Below are positions 39,641 through 48,285 of a stretch of DNA of 64,000 nt, piece by piece. The stretch is taken from contig CBFIJH010000002.1 in NCBI GenBank assembly GCA_965662895.1, positions 128,001-192,000 on the forward strand. Reading direction: 5' to 3'. The notes below the pieces were generated by a model. It was not told the origin of the DNA, made no database searches, and saw only the letters and a program-made list of their open reading frames with translations. This DNA is from Candidatus Poseidoniaceae archaeon. GTDB lineage: Archaea; Thermoplasmatota; Poseidoniia; Poseidoniales; Poseidoniaceae. Made by a program: the position numbers and the translations under genes. How positions within the stretch are numbered: the first letter of the stretch is position 1; each line of letters starts with the position of its first letter.

Positions 39641-40489
39641 ATGGAAGCAAACGAGCATTACCGTACAATGTTCCTCTCCGATTGGCATCTTGGCATGAAG
39701 GGCATCAAGTCGGCTGAACTTCTTGCATTCTTAGAAACTCATGACGCTGAGACGATTTATCTGATTGGGGATATCGTCGATCAATGGGTTCTCGGCAGAA
39801 AGTGGTCATGGAATTCGGACTGCGACAATATCCTGCGCAACCTCTTGGAGAAAGCAGAGCGTGGAACAAAAATCATCTACATACCCGGGAACCACGATGA
39901 TGGGTTTAGGGCTTGGGCGAATACCTCCGTCAATGGAATAAGAATCCAAAAAGACGCAGTTCATACAACAGCGGATGGCCGCAAGCTCTGGATTCTGCAT
40001 GGTGATGAATTCGATTTGTTCATGAGACATAGTAGATTTTTGGCAAATCTTGGCCATTCCATTGTTCAGTTGCTCATGAAACTGAACCGTCCCGTGACTT
40101 GGTTCCGAAAGAGAGTAGGGCTGAAACCTTGGTCACTTGCAACAATGGCAAGACGGGCTTTTCAAGGAAGCAGTAAGACCTACCGTAGATTCTCAACAGC
40201 GGTTACAGAAGAAGCGATGAAACTCGGTTACGATGGTGTTGTTTGTGGTCACATCCACAAGGCAGAATTCAAATTGATCAATGGAATTGAGTACTGGAAC
40301 GATGGTGATTGGGTCGATTCATGTACAGCAACCGTTGAGGCAATGGATGGAACGATGCAAATTGTCCATTATCAGCCGGCATCTGAGACCATCAAGGCAT
40401 TGTGTGAGCGTGCTTCAATCCGAGACTCAGAGATAACAAACAAACCCATTCTCCATCTTCCTGAGATTCTGGAACAGGTGGCTTCATGA
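39641..40489 (+). CDS. PlcP/LpxH2-like metallophosphoesterase (putative phospholipase C)
   Basis: YRT.FLSDWHLG, YLIGDIVD.W, YIPGNHD, H.TADG...W..HGD.FD, VCGHIH, N.GDWVDSCTA.VE. Confidence 0.85.
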   Translation: MEANEHYRTMFLSDWHLGMKGIKSAELLAFLETHDAETIYLIGDIVDQWVLGRKWSWNSDCDNILRNLLEKAERGTKIIYIPGNHDDGFRAWANTSVNGIRIQKDAVHTTADGRKLWILHGDEFDLFMRHSRFLANLGHSIVQLLMKLNRPVTWFRKRVGLKPWSLATMARRAFQGSSKTYRRFSTAVTEEAMKLGYDGVVCGHIHKAEFKLINGIEYWNDGDWVDSCTATVEAMDGTMQIVHYQPASETIKALCERASIRDSEITNKPILHLPEILEQVAS

Positions 40490-41625
40490 AAATCGCCTAT
40501 GCACTTGCTGGAGAGGGACGAGGTCACGCAGTCAGAGCCATATCGCTTGCAAAAGGTCTCATAGAGCGCGGCCATGAAATTGATTTCTTTACCTGTGGTG
40601 ATGCCCTCGAATTACTTCGGGAAACGTTTGGTGCCAACGCGGTTCATGATCTCGAAACACCGAGATTTGTTATCGTTAGAAATCGAGTATCAATCTTGCG
40701 GACAGGAATTGCCTCAATTCGTTTCTTTGGCAAACAAGGTCGCAGAAAAAGAAAGTTTTCAAAGACATTACGCTCGATGAACATCGAAGCAGTTATTTCC
40801 GATTTTGAGCCAACGTTTCCAAGGGTCGCTCGTCGACTCAAACTTCCTTTGATTTCATTTAACTCTCAACGATTTGCCTTGGATGCAAAATTGGATGAAG
40901 TGCTGACATTTCGGCAACGGATGAAACTCTTTCCGATCAAAACCTTATGCTGGTTTTTTGCCCCAAAGCCACAACTTAGTTTGGTTTCAAAAGGGTTTAA
41001 CCTGAAACCGAACAAGCCAACTGCACATATACTCGGTCCAATGTTGCGGCCAGAATTTTTCCCAGGGGCATGGAGGCCAACAGGCACACATGCGATTGCC
41101 TATCTTCGAACAAGTGTGCTCCAACACCTCCCAGCTATTGCTGCGCATGCTCAATCGCATGGCCTGTCTCTCAAATTGTACGGACATTACCCTGAAAATG
41201 TTCCTGACAACGTCGAGATCCGACCTATATCGAACGACGGGTTCATTGAGGATCTTCTGACTGCAGACTGGATGATTCAAACCGCGGGTACACAACTCCT
41301 TGGAGAGGCCGGAACAATCTCTATCCCATCGATCTGTATCCCCGAACCGGGACAAGTTGAGCAGGAAATCAATGGGATTCTCGCAGAAAAAACGTTGCCT
41401 AATGTGAAGGTTCTGCGTCCAAAGTCAACATCGATTCAGGAGATTGATGCAATGCTTGAGACATGCCGCAAAGCATCGACGACTTCAAACATCGAAAACG
41501 GAAAAAAACAGGCCGTTGCAATTGTTGATGAATTTTTAAACGGTTTAGAACGAGAGACAACCTTGTCTGAACCAAAGCAAGACCTTGATCTCCAGTTAAC
41601 AAATGAACAACCTTCCTCAAATTGA
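40486..41625 (+). CDS. GT-B glycosyltransferase (MJ1255/VC2487-like)
   Basis: MKIAY...GEGRGHAVRA, VISDFEP, GP.LR, P.PGQ.EQ.IN; ATGA-coupled to the phosphoesterase. Confidence 0.85.
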   Translation: MKIAYALAGEGRGHAVRAISLAKGLIERGHEIDFFTCGDALELLRETFGANAVHDLETPRFVIVRNRVSILRTGIASIRFFGKQGRRKRKFSKTLRSMNIEAVISDFEPTFPRVARRLKLPLISFNSQRFALDAKLDEVLTFRQRMKLFPIKTLCWFFAPKPQLSLVSKGFNLKPNKPTAHILGPMLRPEFFPGAWRPTGTHAIAYLRTSVLQHLPAIAAHAQSHGLSLKLYGHYPENVPDNVEIRPISNDGFIEDLLTADWMIQTAGTQLLGEAGTISIPSICIPEPGQVEQEINGILAEKTLPNVKVLRPKSTSIQEIDAMLETCRKASTTSNIENGKKQAVAIVDEFLNGLERETTLSEPKQDLDLQLTNEQPSSN

Positions 41626-41687
41626 TGAGGTTTAATCATTCAACGAGATTCTGTCAATTGTTTGCCTATTGGTTCCAGGCGTCGAAA

Positions 41688-42359
41688 TTAATCGCGAATG
41701 GTTTGGAGCATATCCGAAACGTATGGTTTGACACTGGCCCATACCTCGCTGTGGACCTCGCCGACCGAACCTCGAGTGTGAACTACGGGGTACCCCTCAA
41801 GTTCTGCTCTTTTCTCGAAGGCCTTTCTGAGGAGCTTCTGATACGCCAAAAATGAGTGAGTGATGGAGGGAGACAATCCCATGTCAGCCCCAGCTTCGTA
41901 ATGGTTGAGTTTTGTCAGCGATTCGTTGTACATCATACGGTTGAGCAGGCGGCGTCCGCCCGCAAGAAGTGTCACGGTCACATCCGCCTCTGGCATGTCT
42001 CGGTACAATCCCTGAATCCATTCCGCATCGCCGCCTCGGACGGTCTCCCGAATCAACGGCGTTGTGGTGTAACGATCGGCGATGACAACAAAACCGGCCT
42101 CCATGAGCGGCTGGACCTCGTGAATGTACTGGTCGTGCAAATCGGTCGCATAGAGAAGGGCACGAGTTCGCCAGTTCAATTGATGAAGATCTGAATGTGA
42201 ACGCTTGATGAGGTCTCCGAGAAGTTCCGAACGGGCAAGCCCAACAACCACCACGGCGACGCCGTGGGCTTGTAGCCGTTCACTCAGTAACCGCACGTGC
42301 ATTGAACGGCCAACATTATCCGGCCCTTCGATGACAATGAGTTTCCCTCCTGTCGTCAT
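41688..42359 (-). CDS. thymidylate-kinase-like protein with degenerate P-loop
   Basis: GKLIVIEGPDNVGRS (Walker A Lys replaced by Arg), ADRY, YEAG.DMG. Confidence 0.82.
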   Translation of the reverse strand: MTTGGKLIVIEGPDNVGRSMHVRLLSERLQAHGVAVVVVGLARSELLGDLIKRSHSDLHQLNWRTRALLYATDLHDQYIHEVQPLMEAGFVVIADRYTTTPLIRETVRGGDAEWIQGLYRDMPEADVTVTLLAGGRRLLNRMMYNESLTKLNHYEAGADMGLSPSITHSFLAYQKLLRKAFEKRAELEGYPVVHTRGSVGEVHSEVWASVKPYVSDMLQTIRD

Positions 42360-43111
42360 GCGTCATCCTCCAGAGCACTCCAGTCAAACGATGATGTGCG
42401 AATCATCTCGGCTACCCGGTCGTTTTCGTCAATGGGTTGAATGTTGTCGAGATCCACGTGCTCTGAAATCATTGCACGCACGCGAGATTGGACCTCTGCA
42501 ACGGTCCCCAAGGCGTCTACTCGGACAATACGACCATCTCGAACCAGAGCGTCGTAGATTTCCTTGATTTTACCCTGAAGTATCTTGTAGGATTCAAACG
42601 GGTCGAATGTCCATCCCATGTCCAGGCCAGCTTCGTAATACTTCAGTGTCGGCCGGCCTTTGATAATCCGGTCGTATCCAATTTCAGGAGGGATATCAAA
42701 GTACAGGGTTATGTCTGGTTCTCTAGCAAACGAATAGTTCGATTCGATGGTATCTCGTTTGACACCTCGGGCACCATCTCTCGCCATTGCCGTGAATTTG
42801 TATCGGTCGCAGATTACGATGCCACCAACCTCCAGCATCGGCTCAATTTGCTTGCTCCAGCGGTCTGCAAAGTCTGCAGCATGGATGAGGTGGAAGGTTT
42901 GTGGCTTGAGTCGTTTTGTGTTCTTGCCGGCCTTCGTGGCTTCTGCAACAACCGGACTTGAGTTCCATTCAGTGTGGTGTACCGGCAGTCCCAGTGCACG
43001 AATCCAGTTGAACAAAAGCATAGCCTGAGTTGATTTACCGCTTCCATCCATGCCTTCGACAGCAATCAATAGACCCCGTTCAAGTGGTAATTTTTCACGT
43101 ACTTCGGACAA
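42356..43111 (-). CDS. thymidylate-kinase-like protein
   Basis: GLLIAVEGMDGSGKSTQ, TEWNSS, HAADFADR, CDRY, YYEAGLDMG; probable TTG start at 43111 (ORF open to 43183). Confidence 0.85.
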   Translation of the reverse strand: MSEVREKLPLERGLLIAVEGMDGSGKSTQAMLLFNWIRALGLPVHHTEWNSSPVVAEATKAGKNTKRLKPQTFHLIHAADFADRWSKQIEPMLEVGGIVICDRYKFTAMARDGARGVKRDTIESNYSFAREPDITLYFDIPPEIGYDRIIKGRPTLKYYEAGLDMGWTFDPFESYKILQGKIKEIYDALVRDGRIVRVDALGTVAEVQSRVRAMISEHVDLDNIQPIDENDRVAEMIRTSSFDWSALEDDA

Positions 43112-43137
43112 TGCATCACACCCGTTCGATTGTTTGT

Positions 43138-43170
43138 AGAACCTTCCGAATTTATTACCATCTATTGAGA
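43138..43170 (-). promoter_or_regulatory. shared upstream motif, copy 2 (TCTCAATAGA-N10-TTCGGAAGGTTCT)
   Basis: Matches 39565-39597; ends 26 nt before the inferred TTG start. Confidence 0.6.
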
Positions 43171-43213
43171 TATTATAATCCAAGTTTTTTTGTAATCTCA
43201 GTGTATGAATTCT

Positions 43214-44026
43214 TCAATAAAAGATGGAACAACAGGTGATTGAGCCATCAGCTTCTCGAATCTGATCCATCTTGAGAACAATCGGTTCCAAACCTTTCTG
43301 CTTGAGTGCCTTTAGAACCGTTGGATAGCCTTCTGCAACGAGGACTTTCCCGTTTTCAAAACCAATCGTGTTGCACCCGTAGACTTCTTCTTCAGGCATC
43401 AGCAGGACTTCGCAACCTTCTGGGAGTTCACCGAAATCCTCCGCAGTAAGGTAACCCTCTGCGGTGAGAATAATGTTGTCGGTTGGTGTTGAGGAAATGG
43501 AGGTGAGATGGAGGGCTTTCTCTATTGGAATGTCGACAATACGCAACTCATGACCAAGGTGTGTCAGAAGGTTGCGTAGTGTTTCAATTCCTGCTTCATT
43601 TGTTCGCTCTGAGCGACCAACGAAGAAGATGTCACCGAGTCGTAGAATGTCGCCACCATCCATTCGAGCATCGCCAAACATACCACAGACTTGGAACCCG
43701 TTGAGTTGTCGTGAAAGGAAATCTGCGATTGGCGGTTGTTCTCCAACACGTGACGGGTGGCCAGGTACTGGTAGGAGCACGTGACCGTCGATAACGATGG
43801 CTTGATCTTCAACAAAAATACAGTCAGGGTGGTTGTTGTCTGCAGGAAGGATGGTCACCTCAAGGCCGATGTCCAAAAGCGCTTGGACATAGGCTGCATG
43901 TTGTGTTTTTGCCAATGCAATATCGGTTGGTCCAGAACCGAAATAGTTGGCTATTGCATCGGAGAAAGAGCGAGGAACGGCCCTCATGAGGACACGTTGC
44001 TTCTGGTCCGTGCGGACAGTAGCCAT
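43214..44026 (-). CDS. dimethylarginine dimethylaminohydrolase / amidinotransferase
   Basis: QH..Y...L, PDCIFVED, SR.GE, DGGD, RTN..G, LHL, DGSITCCS. Confidence 0.9.
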   Translation of the reverse strand: MATVRTDQKQRVLMRAVPRSFSDAIANYFGSGPTDIALAKTQHAAYVQALLDIGLEVTILPADNNHPDCIFVEDQAIVIDGHVLLPVPGHPSRVGEQPPIADFLSRQLNGFQVCGMFGDARMDGGDILRLGDIFFVGRSERTNEAGIETLRNLLTHLGHELRIVDIPIEKALHLTSISSTPTDNIILTAEGYLTAEDFGELPEGCEVLLMPEEEVYGCNTIGFENGKVLVAEGYPTVLKALKQKGLEPIVLKMDQIREADGSITCCSIFY

Positions 44027-44123
44027 GATTGACCGGCCAATCATCGTCATTTAATCCTTGGTGAGTGATTGAAACGTGCCAAAGACCATTGAATTGAAAC
44101 ATAAGTTGCGAGTGGGGTTTAGT

Positions 44124-45716
44124 ATGCGCCTCTCAGTACAGGCTTTTGGACTCATGTTCTTGATGGTTCTTGCACCGTTATCCGGGTGCTTTGGTGAAAA
44201 TGAGGTTGAAACTCTTGACGCAACTTCTCTTTCTGTCCTGGAATCCGAATCGTTGCAGGCCGGAATGTGGCAAACCATTACGCTGGAGGCAAGTGACGAT
44301 CTCGCAGTCTTCGTTCCATACTTTGTTCAAGATCCTGGCTCAATGCGCGCACAAAACGGAACCGTCCTTGATATGAATTCTGGAGATAAAGCAAGCGTGA
44401 ACATCCTCTTCCCGCCTCGAAATGAAGAAATTGTCTTCTTCTTGGGCGACTTTGGACGCGTTGATTGGCCGATACGTGAACCGGATCAGTCGTGGATGGC
44501 ATGGCTTGAGAATCCAAGCACCGGTTCCGCTGTACAAGCTGTCGAAAACCAAGATACTGGCGGACTTTGGCCTTGGCTGGTTCCAGGAAACGAAACAGGA
44601 AACATTCCCGTCCCAATGGTTATGGAAACAAGTCGTCCATCCCGTGCAGATTTGGACGAAGACAATGGCGTTGGGGCGAGTGCAGGATGGGTGAACGGAC
44701 GTGATGTCTATGACTGGGTGGATTTCATCACGGACGATACACCATGTGCAACGTGTGGGCCAGATGGAGCGGTTGGCTATCTTGACCGATGGATTGGAAA
44801 TGCAAATCCTTCTTACGAACACGCCGTGACCTACTTTGAAGGCGTCATGCTTGGATATGGATTGGACCGGGTTGAAGTCCACCGTTTCCAATCAAACACT
44901 GCTTGGTCGGTCAATATTTGCGGATACAAAGATGGCTCTGTTTACCCCAACGAATGGCTCATTTTCGGAGCGCACTTCGATATCGCACCTCCCGTTGCAT
45001 ACACGCCCGGTGCAGAAATCGGCATTCCCGGATACGGCACTCGTCACGGCGCATACGACAATGCTGCAGGTTCGAGTATGGTGCTTACAACAGCCAGCGT
45101 TCTTGCTGATTTTGATGCTCGACGAACGATGGTCTTCTGTCTCTGGTCTTCAGAAGAAGAAGGTCTCTGGGGATCACGTTCCTTTGCAAACGACTTGCCT
45201 GATGGCGTCACCGTTAGCAATTATCTCAATCTTGACATGGCTGGTGTGAACTATCCGGGCGATTATGCACTTTCTGTATATCTTGGCCCAGATGGAACGC
45301 AAGAAGGGATTGATCAAGCAGGAATGTTCCACCTTGCAGAGTGGATTGGTGCAGATGCACTTGACCTTGGCTACGAGATGGAACGGGGACGCGAAGCATG
45401 GCTTGAAGGTGGAGAGAGCCCGCTGTGGGGAGACATCTACGAGGATACGGTAGCAATCTACGAATCGCCAACAGCTCGAAGCGATCATGATTCGTTCCAA
45501 AACATCGGTGTAGCAACTCTTGGTTGGAACGGACTTGTCGATGGATATCCGTGCTATCACAGAGAATGTGACACGATGGAGACGATGATTGATTACATGG
45601 GAACGGACAATTCTACCGGAATCAACAATTTGGTTCACTCATGGGATATCGTGACCTGGTGGGCTGTTTATGCGTTCTTGCACATGGACCAGACGCCAGT
45701 TCCAAACGAGTTGTAA
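44124..45716 (+). CDS. M28 family metallo-aminopeptidase, lipoprotein (paralog of 4621-6387)
   Basis: LAPLSGC, GAHFDIAPP, GAYDN, SSEEEG, NLDMAG, RSDH, CYH. Confidence 0.9.
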   Translation: MRLSVQAFGLMFLMVLAPLSGCFGENEVETLDATSLSVLESESLQAGMWQTITLEASDDLAVFVPYFVQDPGSMRAQNGTVLDMNSGDKASVNILFPPRNEEIVFFLGDFGRVDWPIREPDQSWMAWLENPSTGSAVQAVENQDTGGLWPWLVPGNETGNIPVPMVMETSRPSRADLDEDNGVGASAGWVNGRDVYDWVDFITDDTPCATCGPDGAVGYLDRWIGNANPSYEHAVTYFEGVMLGYGLDRVEVHRFQSNTAWSVNICGYKDGSVYPNEWLIFGAHFDIAPPVAYTPGAEIGIPGYGTRHGAYDNAAGSSMVLTTASVLADFDARRTMVFCLWSSEEEGLWGSRSFANDLPDGVTVSNYLNLDMAGVNYPGDYALSVYLGPDGTQEGIDQAGMFHLAEWIGADALDLGYEMERGREAWLEGGESPLWGDIYEDTVAIYESPTARSDHDSFQNIGVATLGWNGLVDGYPCYHRECDTMETMIDYMGTDNSTGINNLVHSWDIVTWWAVYAFLHMDQTPVPNEL

Positions 45717-45762
45717 AACCGTCGGCAAAAAGCATATAATTTTGAGATGCATATACGCATTC

Positions 45763-46377
45763 ATGGTTCTTATTGAGTGTCCACATTGCGAGGAACATAT
45801 TGAATTGGAAGACGATGCAGTTGGGTTGTTTTCATGCCCGCATTGCGAGGGTGAATTTGAATGGGGGGAGGAGACTCCTTCCTCAAATGTAATGAACGAA
45901 TACGCCTCGATGAGCCATGATCACTTTCTATCACATCCAGCGACACGAATTACAGTCGGTTCAACGGTTGCGACTGTTTTTGGTGCTATGGGGATATTTA
46001 CTGGAATTTTGCCCCTTCTCGGAGGGCTCTTTTTCTCCGAATTGGGATTGGGCAGTCTCGGCGGTTTCCTCATCCTGACCGGCCTGTTTTTCTTCGCTAT
46101 CGGGGGATTCGGAATTTTTGTTGGTGTCAAGATTGCCCAGGGAAAACTGTGGGCTTTGGTGACGAGCTTCGTCCTTTCCGTTCTTTTGACATTGATTCAA
46201 ATCGTGGGATGGCTGTTCTCAGAGGACGGTTGTGCTGAATATGATTTCTGGACGGGTGAGTGCGTGGAAACGTATTCCGCGCCATTCCCAATTTTGGGAT
46301 TCTTACTGTTCGTCACGCTTGCAGGAAGCATCGGAACCTTGCTTTTCCACCCAGCAGGGCGATACCAGTTCGATTGA
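45763..46377 (+). CDS. Zn-ribbon (CPHC...CPHC) membrane protein
   Basis: IECPHC-x14-CPHC followed by four TM helices. Confidence 0.75.
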   Translation: MVLIECPHCEEHIELEDDAVGLFSCPHCEGEFEWGEETPSSNVMNEYASMSHDHFLSHPATRITVGSTVATVFGAMGIFTGILPLLGGLFFSELGLGSLGGFLILTGLFFFAIGGFGIFVGVKIAQGKLWALVTSFVLSVLLTLIQIVGWLFSEDGCAEYDFWTGECVETYSAPFPILGFLLFVTLAGSIGTLLFHPAGRYQFD

Positions 46378-46378
46378 A

Positions 46379-46801
46379 TTAATACTGCTCGAGCACAAGT
46401 TCAGTGGTTGTGGATGCGATTTCGTTGTCTGCAGCCATCCACATCTTGTCCAAAAGTGAGCGAAGCGCTACCGTATCGTCGACGTGTACGAGTGCAACCA
46501 AATCTGCCTCACCAGACACCTCATAAATGATTTCAACACCTTCCCAACCGGTTACTTCGGATGCAAACGATCCGATTTCAACACCGGGCGAGACTTTGAT
46601 TCGAATAAGTGCAGTAAGGCCAATCCCGCTCTCTCGAACGGTGTATCCTCGAATCGTTCCGTTTTCTTCCATGGTGCGGATATGCGTTCGAACGGTGCGC
46701 TCGCTGGCACCGACTTCCTTTGCAAGATCAACATAGGACATTCTGCCGTTTTTTCGGAGTTGTGCTAGAATGGCTCGATCAATTTCTGAGATGCGCGTCA
46801 T
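46379..46801 (-). CDS. Lrp/AsnC family transcriptional regulator
   Basis: ID..IL..L...GR.SY..LA..VG.S..TV...I..M...G.I.GY, YEVSGEAD. Confidence 0.93.
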   Translation of the reverse strand: MTRISEIDRAILAQLRKNGRMSYVDLAKEVGASERTVRTHIRTMEENGTIRGYTVRESGIGLTALIRIKVSPGVEIGSFASEVTGWEGVEIIYEVSGEADLVALVHVDDTVALRSLLDKMWMAADNEIASTTTELVLEQY

Positions 46802-46983
46802 GACATTCGCTCCGCATATCGGTATATCAAACCTTTCACGAACGATTACTGTAAATTAATTTAAAATTTAGGACAGAATCCGGAAAAACACCAGCATAAA
46901 ATGGAATGATTTGAAGAGAGATTTTTCACATCGGACATTCCATTTAATTCAAAGAGCGCCTTCATGTGGAAGAAATGAGACAC

Positions 46984-48234
46984 ATGGCGGATTTGATTTC
47001 TAGTTTAGATGCGCGAATGGTTTTGGATAGTCGAGGGAATCCCACGATAGAAGTCGATTGTTTCGTAGACGGACGCCTCCAGGGCCGGGCGATGGTTCCC
47101 TCAGGCGCTTCCACAGGCCAGCACGAGGCGCTGGAAATGCGTGACGGTGACATGGAAAAGTGGCTTGGTAAAGGTGTTGACCTGGCCGTAAATCACGTCA
47201 AGACTACAATTGCAGACGCTCTTGTTGGAATGACCGTCGACAATCAAAAAGAAATCGATCGAACGATGCTTGAACTTGATGGAACACCAAACAAATCCAA
47301 TCTTGGTGCAAACGCAATGCTTGGCGCATCACTTGCAGTGCTTCATGCAGGTGCAGCCTCACAAGGTGTCCCACTTTGGAAATACATCAGCGGAGATTCA
47401 GCGGGTCGAATGCCTGTTCCAATGTTGAACATCCTGAATGGCGGAGCTCACGCAGCATCGAACGTTGATGTGCAAGAGTTCATGGTCATGCCGCATGGTT
47501 TCTCCTCGTTTGGAGAAGGCCTTCGTGCGGGCGTCGAAATCTATCATCAACTGAAGAGTGAGCTGAAAGCAGATGGGTTGCTTGGAGGCGTTGGTGATGA
47601 AGGAGGGTTTGCTCCAAATCTTCCTGCAAACGAAGATGGTTTGCGATACATGGTTCGGGCGATTGAAGGGGCTGGCTACACCATCGATGATGTAGGAATT
47701 GCGCTTGATGTGGCAGCAACAGAGTTTGAGAAAAACGAAGGCTATCACATGGATGGAAAGGTTCTCTCTTCCGATCAAATGGTGGATATGTACAGCGACT
47801 GGTTGGATGCGTACCCGATTTTGTCCATTGAGGATGGCTTGGGAGAGAACGATTGGGATGGATGGACTGCACTGACAAAACAAGAAGGACATCGAGTCCA
47901 AGTTGTCGGGGACGATTTGTTCGTCACACAATCCGAGCGACTTGCTCAAGGCATATCGATGGGTGCAGCGAATGCAATGCTGGTCAAAGTCAATCAGGTT
48001 GGTACGGTAACTGAAACACTCGAAGCGATGGAATTAGCAACTTCGAATGGATACAGAAATGTTGTTTCGCATCGCAGCGGAGAGACCGAAGACACAACCA
48101 TTGCAGATCTTGCAGTGGGCACGCGTGCAGGACAAATCAAAACCGGGGCCCCTGCTCGATCAGACCGCGTCTCAAAATACAACCAACTCCTCCGGATTTC
48201 AGAAGAAGTGAAAGAATATTTTTCACCTTTCTAA
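46984..48234 (+). CDS. eno: enolase
   Basis: DSRGNPT.EV, VPSGASTG, NGGAHA, VGDEGG, SIEDG, VSHRSGETED, QIKTG..RSDR. Confidence 0.98.
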   Translation: MADLISSLDARMVLDSRGNPTIEVDCFVDGRLQGRAMVPSGASTGQHEALEMRDGDMEKWLGKGVDLAVNHVKTTIADALVGMTVDNQKEIDRTMLELDGTPNKSNLGANAMLGASLAVLHAGAASQGVPLWKYISGDSAGRMPVPMLNILNGGAHAASNVDVQEFMVMPHGFSSFGEGLRAGVEIYHQLKSELKADGLLGGVGDEGGFAPNLPANEDGLRYMVRAIEGAGYTIDDVGIALDVAATEFEKNEGYHMDGKVLSSDQMVDMYSDWLDAYPILSIEDGLGENDWDGWTALTKQEGHRVQVVGDDLFVTQSERLAQGISMGAANAMLVKVNQVGTVTETLEAMELATSNGYRNVVSHRSGETEDTTIADLAVGTRAGQIKTGAPARSDRVSKYNQLLRISEEVKEYFSPF

Positions 48235-48285
48235 CATTCCTGCGTGTATACATTGGGTTATAAGGAAGGTAACATCGCTGAGACC

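Noticed and set aside
39641-40489. Annotation as lipid A biosynthesis LpxH
   Set aside because: The context is archaeal with no other lpx genes, and the motifs and GT partner fit the PlcP-like group better.
39395-43213. tRNA-Leu as the attachment site of an integrated element
   Set aside because: The module lies on the 5' side of the tRNA, and I saw no duplicated tRNA 3' end and no integrase.
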